Translations under genes and position numbers: made by a program | DNA from: an uncultured cyanobacterium | Lineage (GTDB): Bacteria; Cyanobacteriota; Cyanobacteriia; PCC-6307; Cyanobiaceae | Assembly: GCA_963697335.1 (NCBI GenBank) | Contig: CAVONQ010000010.1 | Span: forward strand, 75,596 to 139,595 | Direction: 5' to 3' | Length of the DNA stretch: 64,000 nucleotides | Part shown: positions 42,411 to 54,273 of the stretch, in pieces | How positions within the stretch are numbered: position 1 is the stretch's first letter | Layout of the letters: the number at the start of each line of letters is the position of its first letter | Notes under the pieces: model-generated | Seen by the model: only the letters and a program-made list of their open reading frames with translations | The model's database searches: none | Told to the model about the DNA's origin: nothing

Positions 42411-42842
42411 ATGGCCGCCGACCTTCTGAGCTCCCTTCGGCGCCTGGTTGGCAGCTGGGGGCGATCCCTGCTGGCCGGCTGCCTGGGGCTGTGTCTGATG
42501 CTGGCCGGCTGCAGCAGCGCCGATGGGCTCAGCGGCCGCTACGTGGACGACACCATGGCGGTGGCCGACCTGCTGATCACCACCGTCGGTCTCGAGGCCG
42601 ACGATCCCTCCCGTCCCGAGGCGGAGAATGAGGCCCGCGGATTGATCAACGACTACATGGCCCGTTACCGCCCCCGCAACGCCGTGAATGGGCTCTCCTC
42701 CTTCACCACGATGCAGACGGCGCTGAATTCCCTCGCCGGGCACTACGCCAACTACCCCAACCGACCGCTGCCCGATGCCCTGCGCGAGCGGGTCAGCAAG
42801 GAGCTGCTGAAGGCCGAGAAGAGCGTGGTGCGCGGCGCCTGA
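42411..42842 (+). CDS. psb27: Photosystem II assembly lipoprotein Psb27
   Basis: Lipobox LAGC, YVDDT, SFTTMQTALNSLAGHY. Confidence 0.94.
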   Translation: MAADLLSSLRRLVGSWGRSLLAGCLGLCLMLAGCSSADGLSGRYVDDTMAVADLLITTVGLEADDPSRPEAENEARGLINDYMARYRPRNAVNGLSSFTTMQTALNSLAGHYANYPNRPLPDALRERVSKELLKAEKSVVRGA

Positions 42843-42920
42843 GGCGCCCGGTTCTTTTGACGAACGGGACCTTGATCTGAGAGTCTCTGCAGTTGTGCTC
42901 TGAAGCGGCTGCGGGCCGCC

Positions 42921-44240
42921 GTGTCCTTGGCCAACGTCGTCGTCATCGGTGCTCAGTGGGGTGACGAGGGAAAAGGCAAGATCACGGATCTGCTGAGCCG
43001 CTCGGCCGATGTGGTCGTGCGCTACCAAGGCGGCGTCAACGCCGGTCACACCATTGTGGTGGACGACAAGGTGCTCAAGCTGCACCTGATCCCCTCCGGC
43101 ATCCTCTACCCCGATACCATCTGCCTGATCGGTTCCGGCACGGTGGTGGACCCGAGGGTGATGCTCGAGGAGCTGGACATGTTGCTGGGCTTCGGCATCG
43201 ATGTGAGCGGCCTGCGGCTCGCCTCCACGGCCCACGTGACCATGCCCTACCACCGCCTGCTGGATCAGGCCATGGAGCGGCGTCGCGGCGACCGGCGCAT
43301 CGGCACCACCGGCCGCGGCATCGGCCCCACCTATGCCGACAAGGCGGAGCGCAATGGCATCCGCGTGATCGACCTGCTCGATGGCGATCGGCTGCGGGAT
43401 CGCCTGGCCGGTCCGCTGGCCGAGAAGAACGAAATCCTGGAGAAGCTCTACGGCATCGAGCCCCTCGACTTCGAGTCCGTGGTGGAGGACTACCTGGGCT
43501 ACGGGGAGCGCCTGGCCCCCCACGTGGTGGACTGCACCCGCACCATCCACGAGGCCGCCCGCGCCCGCCAGAACATCCTGTTCGAGGGGGCCCAGGGCAC
43601 GCTGCTTGACCTCGACCACGGCACCTATCCCTACGTCACCTCGTCCAATCCGGTGAGCGGCGGCGCCTGCATCGGCGCCGGGGTGGGCCCCACCCTGATC
43701 GACCGGGTGATCGGCGTGGCCAAGGCCTACACGACCCGCGTCGGCGAGGGCCCCTTCCCCACCGAGCTGCAGGGCAGCCTCAACGACCACCTCTGTGATC
43801 GCGGCGGCGAATACGGCACCACCACCGGCCGCCGCCGGCGCTGCGGCTGGTTCGATGGCGTGATCGGCCGCTACGCCGTGGAGGTGAACGGGCTCGACTG
43901 CCTGGCGGTGACCAAGCTCGACGTGCTCGATGAACTCGACACCATCCAGGTGTGCGTGGCCTACGAACTCGACGGTGTGCGCATCGAACACTTCCCCAGC
44001 AGTGCTGAGGTGTTCGCCCGCTGCAAGCCGATCTACGAGACCCTGCCGGGCTGGCAGACCTCCACGGCCGAGTGCCGCAACTTTGATGAGCTCCCCGCCA
44101 CGGCGATGAGCTACCTGCGGTTCCTGGCGGAGCTGATGGAGGTGCCGATCGCGATCATCTCCCTGGGGGCCGACCGCGACCAGACGATCGTGATGGAAGA
44201 CCCGATCCACGGCCCCAAACGCGCCCTCCTCAGCGCCTGA
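42921..44240 (+). CDS. purA: Adenylosuccinate synthetase
   Basis: [33 protein letters not shown]. Confidence 0.98.
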   Translation: MSLANVVVIGAQWGDEGKGKITDLLSRSADVVVRYQGGVNAGHTIVVDDKVLKLHLIPSGILYPDTICLIGSGTVVDPRVMLEELDMLLGFGIDVSGLRLASTAHVTMPYHRLLDQAMERRRGDRRIGTTGRGIGPTYADKAERNGIRVIDLLDGDRLRDRLAGPLAEKNEILEKLYGIEPLDFESVVEDYLGYGERLAPHVVDCTRTIHEAARARQNILFEGAQGTLLDLDHGTYPYVTSSNPVSGGACIGAGVGPTLIDRVIGVAKAYTTRVGEGPFPTELQGSLNDHLCDRGGEYGTTTGRRRRCGWFDGVIGRYAVEVNGLDCLAVTKLDVLDELDTIQVCVAYELDGVRIEHFPSSAEVFARCKPIYETLPGWQTSTAECRNFDELPATAMSYLRFLAELMEVPIAIISLGADRDQTIVMEDPIHGPKRALLSA

Positions 44241-44245
44241 CCCCC

Positions 44246-45247
44246 ATGACCGTCAAGAGCCTCGATGTCGTCGGCATCGGCAACGCCATCGTGGATGTGC
44301 TGGTGCACGCCGACGACGCCTTCCTCGCCAGCGAGGGCCTCACCAAGGGCACCATGGCCCTGGTGGATGCCGAGCAGGCTGAGCAGCTCTACGCCCGGGT
44401 GGGGGCAGGCCTGGAAACCTCCGGTGGTTCGGCCGCCAACACCCTGGCCGGGGTGGCCCAGCTGGGAGGGCGGGCCGGTTTCATCGGCCGGGTGCGGGAC
44501 GACCAGCTGGGGGCCATCTTTGCCCATGACATCCGCGCCGCAGGGGCCCGCTTCGAAACACCCGCCGCCACGCAGGGGCCCTCCACGGCCCGCTGCCTGA
44601 TCCTGGTGAGCCCCGATGCCCAGCGCACCATGTGCACCTACCTGGGCGCGTCGGTGGGCCTCGATCCCGCCGACCTCGATCTCTCGATGGTGGCTGACGC
44701 CAAGCTGCTCTACCTGGAGGGCTATCTCTGGGACAGCGATGCCGCCAAGCAGGCCTTCATCGCGGCGGCGGAGGTGGCCCGCGCCCACGGCGGCCAGGTG
44801 GCCCTCAGCCTCTCGGATGCGTTCTGTGTGGAGCGCCATCGCGACAGCTTCCAGGAGCTCGTCGATGGCCACGTCGACATTCTCTTCGCCAATGAGCAGG
44901 AAATCCTGTCGCTGTACGGAAGCGAGAGCTTCGAGGCCGCGGTGGAGCAGGTGAGGGGCCGCTGCCGCATCGCCGCCCTCACCCGCAGCGAGGCGGGATC
45001 CCTGGTGCTGGAAGGCCCCCGCAGCCACCGGATCGAGCCCTTCCGGCTGGGGCCCCTGGTGGACACCACCGGCGCCGGCGATCTCTATGCCGCCGGATTC
45101 CTGCACGGCCTGGCCCAGGGCTGGGACGTCCAGCGCTGCGGACGCCTGGGCTCCCTCTGCGCCGGCCAGGTGGTGACCCAGCTCGGCCCCAGGCCCCAGC
45201 AGGATCTCCAGGCCCTGGCGGCCGCTCACCTGGGCGTCAGCGCCTAG
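44246..45247 (+). CDS. PfkB-family kinase (adenosine kinase-like)
   Basis: GNAIVD, GGSAANT, DTTGAGDLYAAGF. Confidence 0.9.
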   Translation: MTVKSLDVVGIGNAIVDVLVHADDAFLASEGLTKGTMALVDAEQAEQLYARVGAGLETSGGSAANTLAGVAQLGGRAGFIGRVRDDQLGAIFAHDIRAAGARFETPAATQGPSTARCLILVSPDAQRTMCTYLGASVGLDPADLDLSMVADAKLLYLEGYLWDSDAAKQAFIAAAEVARAHGGQVALSLSDAFCVERHRDSFQELVDGHVDILFANEQEILSLYGSESFEAAVEQVRGRCRIAALTRSEAGSLVLEGPRSHRIEPFRLGPLVDTTGAGDLYAAGFLHGLAQGWDVQRCGRLGSLCAGQVVTQLGPRPQQDLQALAAAHLGVSA

Positions 45248-46086
45248 CCGGTCGCCCCGGGCCACGTCGCCAGCCGCTCCAGCAAGGCCGTCTGGTTCAG
45301 GCCTGAGCTCTGCGGGTCCTCTGCTGGGCGCTGCAGCAACAACAGACGGCAGCCCTGGCTGCGGGCGATGTGGCGCCAGCGCTGCTCCGGTTCCCCACCG
45401 GACTGGCGCGCCAGGATCACCTCGATCCCCCAGCGACGCACCAGGGCCGCTTCGATCAGCCCGTCCCTGGTCGGCCGCAGGCAGGCCACCCGCTCGGCAG
45501 GCAGGCCGGCCGCCATGGCCTGCTGCAGCCCGAAGGCCGTCGGCAGCAGCCGGGCGTGATGGTGGGCCCCGGGGCTGAGGCTCACCGCGGCAGGCAACTG
45601 GCGCGCGCCCAGGGCCAGCAGCAGCCTGGTGCCCGCCAGCGGCTGAGGCTCCAGGGCCGCCAACCCGGCCAGCAGGGTGGGGCTGGAGGCCTTGGCTCCA
45701 GGGCCGGCGCCCTGCGGCCCATCGCACCAGGGACGCTGCAGGCGCAGCAGGGGCAGGTCCGCTGCCCGGCAGCCGGCCGCCAGGGTGGCCTGGATCGTGG
45801 TCGCAAAGGGATGGGTGGCATCGAGCACCAGGGCGAAGGGATCCCCCTGCTGCTGGGCCCGCCGCAGGGCCAGCTCCAGAGCCTGGGGGCCGGCCAGGGC
45901 TCCGCTCAACAGCTCGAGGTCCGGGAGCTCGCCATAGGCCCGGCCGGCCTCCGCGCTCACCACGCTCACCCGCAGGCGCCAGCCCTGGCGCTGCAGGGCG
46001 GCGGCCAACGGCGGCCCCTCCCCCGTGCCGGCAAACAGCCAGAGGCGGCGGGATGCACCGAAGACTGGGGCCCCAGGGCCTGGCAT
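45244..46086 (-). CDS. cobK: Precorrin-6A/cobalt-precorrin-6A reductase
   Basis: FAGTGEG, DATHPFA, RQSGG. Confidence 0.87.
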   Translation of the reverse strand: MPGPGAPVFGASRRLWLFAGTGEGPPLAAALQRQGWRLRVSVVSAEAGRAYGELPDLELLSGALAGPQALELALRRAQQQGDPFALVLDATHPFATTIQATLAAGCRAADLPLLRLQRPWCDGPQGAGPGAKASSPTLLAGLAALEPQPLAGTRLLLALGARQLPAAVSLSPGAHHHARLLPTAFGLQQAMAAGLPAERVACLRPTRDGLIEAALVRRWGIEVILARQSGGEPEQRWRHIARSQGCRLLLLQRPAEDPQSSGLNQTALLERLATWPGATG

Positions 46087-46124
46087 CGAACCCCCCCTGC
46101 CGCTCGATCAGTCTGCCCAGAATG

Positions 46125-46162
46125 GCCCTCTGGCATCGGGCAAGCCCTCTGGCATCGGGCAA
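46125..46162. repeat. Perfect 19-bp tandem duplication
   Basis: GCCCTCTGGCATCGGGCAA at 46125-46143 and 46144-46162. Confidence 0.9.
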
Positions 46163-46191
46163 GATGATCTGGCTGTGCCAGGGGCTGGGGC

Positions 46192-46716
46192 GTGAATCAC
46201 TGTCTGTTGGAAGTGGATGTGCTGGAAGCACCCCAGGTCCGTTACACCCAGGACAACCAGACCCCCGTCGCCGAGATGGCAGTGCAGTTCGACGCTCTGC
46301 GCCCCGACGATCCGCCGGGCCAGCTCAAGGTGGTGGGCTGGGGCAACCTGGCCCAGGACCTGCAGAACCGGGTGCAGGTGGGTCAGCGGCTGATGATCGA
46401 GGGCCGCATGCGCATGACCACGGTCACCAGGCAGGACGGCGTCAAGGAGAAGCGGGCGGAGTTCACCCTTTCCCGTCTTCACCCCATCGGAGCAGGGATG
46501 GCTTCCCCGCCGATGGCGATGGCCCAGCCAGCTGCTACGGCCACCGTTGCCAGCCGTACGGGCCCTGCCCCAGGACGTCCTGTTCCCGCCGCTCCGACCC
46601 CGGCCCGGTCCGCCCCGCCCGCTGCGGCTCAGCCCGCCCGCGTCGAGCCCCCCACCTGGAACACCTCGCCCCTGGTGCCGGAGCTGCCGGAGGGAGACGA
46701 CGACATCCCGTTCTGA
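46192..46716 (+). CDS. ssb: Single-stranded DNA-binding protein (cyanobacterial second-type SSB)
   Basis: PQVRYTQDNQTP, VGWGNLA, IEGR, acidic tail DDDIPF. Confidence 0.85.
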   Translation: MNHCLLEVDVLEAPQVRYTQDNQTPVAEMAVQFDALRPDDPPGQLKVVGWGNLAQDLQNRVQVGQRLMIEGRMRMTTVTRQDGVKEKRAEFTLSRLHPIGAGMASPPMAMAQPAATATVASRTGPAPGRPVPAAPTPARSAPPAAAQPARVEPPTWNTSPLVPELPEGDDDIPF

Positions 46717-46719
46717 GCC

Positions 46720-46947
46720 TCAGCCGGCGCTGGCCTGATCCGGGCCCACGCGGTCGAGCAGTTCGCCCAGTTCGCGCTCCAGGGCGGCCAGGTCGAGGCG
46801 CCATTCGGGCCAGGCGCCCGAGTCGATCTGGCGCAGCAGCCAGAGCCGGTCGGTCTGGAGCTGGCGGATCAGGGCCGCCGTGCTGATCGCCGTCGCCGGT
46901 TCCGGGCCGCCGGCGCCGTCCACGGGTTGGCTGGGGTCACTGCTCAT
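46720..46947 (-). CDS. Small hypothetical protein
   Basis: LIRQLQTDRLWLLRQIDSGAWPEWRLDLAALERELGELL; coding-type codon usage. Confidence 0.65.
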   Translation of the reverse strand: MSSDPSQPVDGAGGPEPATAISTAALIRQLQTDRLWLLRQIDSGAWPEWRLDLAALERELGELLDRVGPDQASAG

Positions 46948-46980
46948 CTCGGGGCCCACGGCGTACAGGAAGATGGCGTC

Positions 46981-47526
46981 ATGCAAGCACTTTTCTCGCC
47001 CGGCAGCCTCGTCACCCTGGCCGGCGCCGCCCTCTCGGTGATCGGCTGGATCGGCTACGCCTCCGGCAACCCGAACCTGAGCCTGCCGACGATCTTCTAT
47101 GGCATCCCCATCCTGCTGGGCGGTCTGGCCCTGAAGTCGTCGGAGCTGCCGCCGCCGCGGCGCGTCACCCCGGCCGGGGTCCACAGCGCCCTGCGTCAGT
47201 TGCCCGAGAGCGAACCCCTGCGCAAGCTGCTTGCCGATGTGATGCGTTGGCGCTACGGCCAGAAGGCCCACCTGGAAAGCTCGCTGGAGGTGCTCAAGCT
47301 CTGGGATGAGGATGCCCCGCCCCAGCTGCTGTCCGTGGAGGAGCTGGACGAGCAGGGGCGCTATGGCCTCAAGCTCCGCTTTGACGCCGGTGGCGTGCCC
47401 TTCGAGCGCTGGCAGGCCAAGCAGGAGCGCCTGGGTCGCTTCTTCGGGGAGGGCCTCACGGCCGAACTCGAGCCCCTGGAAGGCCGTCGCTTCAACCTCC
47501 GTCTCCTGCTTGCCCCTGCCGCCTGA
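46981..47526 (+). CDS. Conserved membrane protein (DUF2854-like)
   Basis: Two TM, YGIPILLGGLALKSSEL, RYGQKAHLE, RFFG. Confidence 0.75.
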   Translation: MQALFSPGSLVTLAGAALSVIGWIGYASGNPNLSLPTIFYGIPILLGGLALKSSELPPPRRVTPAGVHSALRQLPESEPLRKLLADVMRWRYGQKAHLESSLEVLKLWDEDAPPQLLSVEELDEQGRYGLKLRFDAGGVPFERWQAKQERLGRFFGEGLTAELEPLEGRRFNLRLLLAPAA

Positions 47527-47592
47527 GGTCGGCCTTTGCTCAGGCGCCATGACGGCCACCCTTCTCCCCCTTCAGATTTCAGCCCTGTTCCC

Positions 47593-48495
47593 GTGAGCTC
47601 CGACACCGCCATCAGCCACACCGATGCCCTGCGGGTGTCCGTGCTCAGCGAGGCCCTGCCTTACATCCAGCGCTTCCGTGGCCGCCGGGTGGTGGTGAAG
47701 TACGGCGGTGCCGCCATGGCCCGCGCCGACCTGAGGGACGCGGTGTACCGCGATCTGGCCCTGCTCACCTCGGTGGGGGTGCGGCCGGTGATCGTGCATG
47801 GCGGCGGCCCGGAGATCAACGAGTGGCTGGCCCGTCTGCAGATCGAGCCCGAATTCAAGGGAGGACTGAGGGTCACCACCCCCGAAACCATGGATGTGGT
47901 GGAGATGGTGCTGGTGGGCCGGGTCAACAAGCAGATCGTCAACGGGCTCAACAAGCTCGGGGGCCGGGCCGTGGGGCTCTGTGGCAGCGACGGCTCCCTG
48001 GTCACGGCCCGGCCCTACGGCGAGGGCCGCAACGGCCTGGTGGGGGAGGTGGCCGCCGTCAATCCCGCCGTGCTGCTGCCCCTGCTCGAGGCTGGCTATG
48101 TGCCGGTGATCTCCAGCGTGGCCGCCGACCCCGAGGGCCAGGCCCACAACATCAATGCCGACACGGTGGCGGGCGAGCTGGCCGCGGCGCTGCAGGCGGA
48201 GAAGCTGATCCTGCTTACCGACACCCCCGGGATCCTGCGCGACCGCCACGATCCTTCCACCCTGGTGCGCCAGCTCACCCTGGCCGGGGCCCGCGAGCTG
48301 ATCGCCAGCGGCGTGGTGGAGGGGGGCATGACCCCCAAGACCGAGTGCTGCATAAGGGCCCTGGCCCAGGGGGTCGCGGCCGCCCACATCATCGATGGCC
48401 GCATCCCCCATGCCCTGTTGCTGGAGGTGTTCACCAATGCCGGCATCGGCACGATGGTGGTGGGCAGCCCCCAGCTGCTGGATGGCAGGCAGTGA
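47593..48495 (+). CDS. argB: Acetylglutamate kinase
   Basis: [40 protein letters not shown]. Confidence 0.96.
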   Translation: MSSDTAISHTDALRVSVLSEALPYIQRFRGRRVVVKYGGAAMARADLRDAVYRDLALLTSVGVRPVIVHGGGPEINEWLARLQIEPEFKGGLRVTTPETMDVVEMVLVGRVNKQIVNGLNKLGGRAVGLCGSDGSLVTARPYGEGRNGLVGEVAAVNPAVLLPLLEAGYVPVISSVAADPEGQAHNINADTVAGELAAALQAEKLILLTDTPGILRDRHDPSTLVRQLTLAGARELIASGVVEGGMTPKTECCIRALAQGVAAAHIIDGRIPHALLLEVFTNAGIGTMVVGSPQLLDGRQ

Positions 48496-48497
48496 GC

Positions 48498-49604
48498 ATG
48501 GAGAGCGAGGATCCCTGCGCCGGGGCCCGGCGCTGCCTGGAGCGGGGCGACTACGGCCAGGCCCTGCGCGCCCTGGAGCCCCTGGTGTCCAGCTTCCCTC
48601 CCGCCACGGCGGAGGGGGCCCAGATCCAGCTGCTGATGGCCACGGCCTGGATGGGCCAGGGCAATGCGCTGCGGGCGGTCGCCTGTTGCCGCCAGGTGAA
48701 GCGCTGCTCCGATGCCACCCTGCGTGCCCAGGCCAAGGATCTGCTGGAGGTGCTGGAGGCGCCGGCCCTGGAGCGGCCGCGCCGCTGGTCGATCACCCTG
48801 CCGGAGCTGGGTGAGGCCGAATCGGTCACCGGCCGCCTGCAGCAGGTGGCCCGCAGCCGTCGAGCCCAACGGCCGCCGCCGCCGCCGGCGCCCCCGGTGG
48901 GGCCCACCCGGGCACCGGTGGGATTCGGAGCCCTGGTGCTGGTGCTGCTGCTGATCAGCCTGCTGCTCGGGGGCTGCGGGGCCGTGCACGCTGAACTCCA
49001 CTTCCATGGTCCGGGCCGGCTTCAGGTGGGCCAACGCCTGGAGCGGGGCCCCACGGCTGTGGCGACCCCCTGGGAGCAGGGTCTGCTCCAGGCGCTGCAG
49101 CAGGCGGGCCTCAGGCCGGACGGCGCCAGTGAGCCAGGCCACGACCATCTGCAGGGGGCGACGATGCCGGCCGTCCAGGCCCTGGAGCTGCTCGCGGCCA
49201 ACCTCGGGGACGCCGCCCGCCTGGCGGGGGTGGAGCTGCCTGTGCCGGAGCTGCTCTGGCAGGAGCGCAACTGGCTGGTGGGGGTGCAGCAGCGGCTGTC
49301 GGTGGCGGTGGATCTGCGCGGTGCCGATCCCGTGCCTGGCGCTGATTTCAGCCTGGATCTGGAGCCGCTCCGGCTGGCGGCGATCCGTCTGGCCAGTCCG
49401 GAGTCGGCGCGGGCCCTGCACGGCTCCGGGGGGGTGCGCTGGCCCCTGCACCTCGGCGCCGACAACCACCTGCAGGTGGCCTGCTGGCGCTGGAGTCCCC
49501 TGGGGCTGGGGGCGGGCCTGATCCTGTTGGCCCTGGGGCTGGTGTCTGCCCTGGGCCGGCTGCGCCAGCAGCTGGGGTTCGGGCTGCCCCAGCTGCCCTC
49601 CTAG
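48498..49604 (+). CDS. TPR-like N-terminus plus membrane domain protein (DUF3153-like)
   Basis: ERGDYGQ helical repeat, internal LLGGC, WSPLGLG C-terminal TM. Confidence 0.65.
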   Translation: MESEDPCAGARRCLERGDYGQALRALEPLVSSFPPATAEGAQIQLLMATAWMGQGNALRAVACCRQVKRCSDATLRAQAKDLLEVLEAPALERPRRWSITLPELGEAESVTGRLQQVARSRRAQRPPPPPAPPVGPTRAPVGFGALVLVLLLISLLLGGCGAVHAELHFHGPGRLQVGQRLERGPTAVATPWEQGLLQALQQAGLRPDGASEPGHDHLQGATMPAVQALELLAANLGDAARLAGVELPVPELLWQERNWLVGVQQRLSVAVDLRGADPVPGADFSLDLEPLRLAAIRLASPESARALHGSGGVRWPLHLGADNHLQVACWRWSPLGLGAGLILLALGLVSALGRLRQQLGFGLPQLPS

Positions 49605-49618
49605 GAGGGTGGCTGGGG

Positions 49619-51895
49619 CTAGAGGCTGAGCGGATCGGGATCGATCGCCAGGGCGACGACGGCCGGCAGGGCGCGGCGCAGTTCCGCTTCGCTCGGCAGG
49701 GGCAGGGGGGCGCCGGCAGGGCCGTGCAGCAGCAGTTGCCAGCGGCTGCGCCCAGCCACCCGGGCCACCGGCGCCGGGGCCGGCCCGATCAGCCACCAGC
49801 CACTGGCCTCGAGGGCCGGCCTCAGCAGCTCGGCGATCGAAGCGGCCGCCGTGGCGGTGCCGCTGGCACTGGGGCCGCTGAAGCGCAGCAGGCAGGCGCG
49901 GCTGAAGGGCACCTGGGCGCCGCTGCGGCGCAGGGCCAGCTCGCTGGCCAGGAAGCGGTCGTAGCGGCCATCCACCAGGTGGGCGATCACCGGGTGTTCG
50001 GGGCTGTAGGTCTGCACCAGCACTTCCCCGGGCAGCTCGCCCCGGCCAGCCCGGCCCGCCAGCTGCAGCAGCAGCTGCAGGCAGTGCTCGGAGGAGCGCA
50101 GATCGGGCCGGTGCAGCAGGCTGTCGGCCGCCAGCACGGCCGCCAGGGTCACCCGGGGCAGGTCCATCCCCTTGGCCAGCATCTGGGTGCCCACCAACAC
50201 GTCGGCCTCTCCCGCGGCGAACCGGGCCAGCAGCTGGCCGTGGCCATCGCGGCCGCGGGTGGTGTCGCGATCGAAGCGCAGCACCCGCAGGCCCTCCAGC
50301 TCCTGAGCCAGCCGCTCCAGCACCCTCTGGGTGCCGGCGCCGAAGGGTTTGAAGGCCGTGGAGCCGCAGTGGCCGCAGCGGTGGCCCATGGCGGCCCGAT
50401 GGTCGCACCAGTGGCAGCGCAGCCACTCCTGGCCACCGCTGCCGCGGTGCACCGTCATCGGCACGTCGCAGTGGGGGCAGAGCACCGCCTCGCCGCAGCT
50501 GCGGCAGCTCAGGAAGGTGTGGTAGCCGCGGCGGGGCACCAGCACCACGGCCTGTTCCCCCCTGGCCTGCACCCCCTGAAGCCGCTGCAGCAGGGCCCGG
50601 CTGAGCAGGCTGCGGTGCCCCTCGGCCAGCTCATGGCGCATGTCCACCAGCCGCACCGGCGGCAGGGGGCGGCCGCCGATGCGCTCCGGCAGCCGCAACA
50701 GCTGCACCGGCTCGGGCACCTCGGCTTCTGCTGCCCCTGCCTGGCAGGCCAGCCAGGTTTCCAGGGCGGGGGTGGCACTGCCCAGCAGCAGGCGTCCGCC
50801 GCCTTGCCGCACCCTGATCCGGGCCACGTCGCGGGCGTGGTAGCAGGGCATCGGACTCTCCTGCTTGTAGGAGCTGTCGTGCTCCTCATCCAGCACGATC
50901 AGGTCGAGCCGGGCCAGGGGCAGAAACACGGCGGAGCGGGTGCCCACCGCCAGCAGGTGGTGACCTTCCAGGCAGCGTCGCCAGGCGGCCACCCGGGCGC
51001 CGTCGCTGAGGCCGCTGTGATACTCCACGACGGCAGCGCCGAAGCGCCGGCGGCAGCGCTCCAGCAGCTGGGGAATCAGGCCGATCTCCGGGGTGAGCAC
51101 CAGGGCGCTGCGCCCCCGGGCCAGGGCCGCGGCGGCGGCCTGCAGGTACACCTCGGTCTTGCCGGAACCGGTGACGCCCCAGAGCAGCAGGCTCTGCCCC
51201 GGCTGGGCTGCCAGAATTGCTTCGAGGGCTTTGGCCTGGGCTGGGGTGAGTGGCTGGGGCGGTTCGAGCCCCACGCTCCGGGGCTCTGGATCAGCCCCCG
51301 CCCCGCGCCCCTCGAGTGCGGCCTGGGGAAAGGCCTCGGCCGGCAGGGAGAGCCGCTCCACCAGCCCCCGCTGTTCCAGGGCCTGGGCCACGCCCCGGCT
51401 GAAGCCACCGGGCCGGCACAGCTGCCGCAGCGGCAGGGGGCCGGCGGCGGCGGCGAGCTGGTTCAGCAGGTCCTGCTGGCGGGCACTGAGGCGTTCGTGG
51501 GGTTCGGGTTGGCGGGCCGCCCGCAGGGCCAGCAGCGGCTGGCGGTTGGCTCCAGCCCGACGGCTGCGCTGGCCCAGCCAACCCGGCGGCAGGGCGCTCT
51601 TGAGGGTGCGGAAGCTGCTGGTGTGGCACTGCCGGGCCACCGCCGTGATCAGGGCGCGCCAGTGCTCGTCCACGGCGGCGCTCTGCAGCACGGTCTCGAC
51701 GGGCTGGAGGGCCTTGCCAACGAGGGCTGCCGGCAAGGCCTCGAGCAGTTCCACCACCAGCCCGCTGTGGGGTCGTCCCTGCAGCCGGACCCGCACCAGA
51801 TCGCCCAGCTCCACGGCCAGCTCCGGCGGCCGGGTGTAGGTGAACACCTGCCCCTCGCGGCCGGCCTCCAGCCAGATCTGGAGCCATTGGCTCAA
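49619..51895 (-). CDS. priA: Primosomal protein N'
   Basis: GVTGSGKTEVY, DEEHD, four CxxC pairs, GTQMLAKG, GRAGRG. Confidence 0.96.
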   Translation of the reverse strand: MSQWLQIWLEAGREGQVFTYTRPPELAVELGDLVRVRLQGRPHSGLVVELLEALPAALVGKALQPVETVLQSAAVDEHWRALITAVARQCHTSSFRTLKSALPPGWLGQRSRRAGANRQPLLALRAARQPEPHERLSARQQDLLNQLAAAAGPLPLRQLCRPGGFSRGVAQALEQRGLVERLSLPAEAFPQAALEGRGAGADPEPRSVGLEPPQPLTPAQAKALEAILAAQPGQSLLLWGVTGSGKTEVYLQAAAAALARGRSALVLTPEIGLIPQLLERCRRRFGAAVVEYHSGLSDGARVAAWRRCLEGHHLLAVGTRSAVFLPLARLDLIVLDEEHDSSYKQESPMPCYHARDVARIRVRQGGGRLLLGSATPALETWLACQAGAAEAEVPEPVQLLRLPERIGGRPLPPVRLVDMRHELAEGHRSLLSRALLQRLQGVQARGEQAVVLVPRRGYHTFLSCRSCGEAVLCPHCDVPMTVHRGSGGQEWLRCHWCDHRAAMGHRCGHCGSTAFKPFGAGTQRVLERLAQELEGLRVLRFDRDTTRGRDGHGQLLARFAAGEADVLVGTQMLAKGMDLPRVTLAAVLAADSLLHRPDLRSSEHCLQLLLQLAGRAGRGELPGEVLVQTYSPEHPVIAHLVDGRYDRFLASELALRRSGAQVPFSRACLLRFSGPSASGTATAAASIAELLRPALEASGWWLIGPAPAPVARVAGRSRWQLLLHGPAGAPLPLPSEAELRRALPAVVALAIDPDPLSL

Positions 51896-52381
51896 CGAAC
51901 TTGCACATCGCTGGCGCTATTCATAGGATGGTGGTGTTGGGCAGCTGCAGGCTGCCGTCGGAACCCGACAGAGTTCCGTCCAGCGGGAAGACACGTACAG
52001 AGAGCCTGGGAGTTTGCCTCCACAGCGCCCTCACGGTCTGCGACCACCCCTGACAACCCTGTCCTCGGCTCCGGCCCCGTTCCCATTGCTGCTGCAGTCC
52101 GCCACCCGCTCCCGGGCTGCCTGTCGATTTGTTGAAGCGTCCTGTCTCCTCCATAGCGCGGTAACGGCACCCGCTCCATCGGCCTTAAGGCAGAGGTGTG
52201 TTTCGCCTGGCGAATCAGATCCTGCCGCGCCGCCAGTTGGAACGCCATGGGCCCCGGGATCCCTCCGGCTCCCTTTGACGCCTCGGCCCCTGGCCGACCG
52301 TTATCCCCTCCCGCCGCGGGGCCTTTCTCCCGGTGTGACCCGCAACCTCTCCCCCTTCCCCGTCCTGTCTCCCCTCCCTCG

Positions 52382-53767
<1,386 letters not shown>

Positions 53768-53791
53768 CCTCCCAGCCGCTGCAGCACCGGC

Positions 53792-54187
53792 ATGGCCGAG
53801 ACCCTGGCTTCTCTGCGGGGCCTCCGCACCGCCCCTCGGCTCGGGGACCAGGCCACCGCTGAGCTCCTTGAGGAACTGCTCCAGAAGATGGCCCTCTGCG
53901 AGTGGTTCACGGTGGGGGTGATGGCCCCCACCGCTCAGCAGGCGGTGGGCACCCTGCGCCGACTGGAGCAGATCTGTGGCTGGCCCACTCTGGAGCTGGA
54001 TCCCGGCGCTACGGCCCTGGAAGGCCAGGAGGGCCCGGTGTTTCTCAAGGCCAACCAGAACAACGGCCGCTTCCAGCTGCGCCTGGAGCAGGGCCTGGGC
54101 GAGGGGGTGCTGATCACGGGCCACAGCCCGGTGGATCCCGCCGCCCAGGACACCTGGGGGCCGTTGCCGTTGCAGTGTTTCTGCTGA
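53792..54187 (+). CDS. Conserved hypothetical protein (DUF1824-like)
   Basis: EWFTVGVMAP, GPVFLKANQ, TWGPLPL. Confidence 0.72.
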   Translation: MAETLASLRGLRTAPRLGDQATAELLEELLQKMALCEWFTVGVMAPTAQQAVGTLRRLEQICGWPTLELDPGATALEGQEGPVFLKANQNNGRFQLRLEQGLGEGVLITGHSPVDPAAQDTWGPLPLQCFC

Positions 54188-54273
54188 GGCCCTCTCCCCG
54201 AAAAGGGCGGCGGGCCAGTGCCTAGGGTGGACGGCTGTTACTCGGCAGGCTGACTGCCAACCGAAGGTTCTCG

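Noticed and set aside
51896..52381. Hidden ncRNA or ORF in the ~490-bp priA-sigA gap
   Set aside because: No convincing coding signal or stable structure by eye; consistent with divergent promoters and a long sigA leader, though not excluded.
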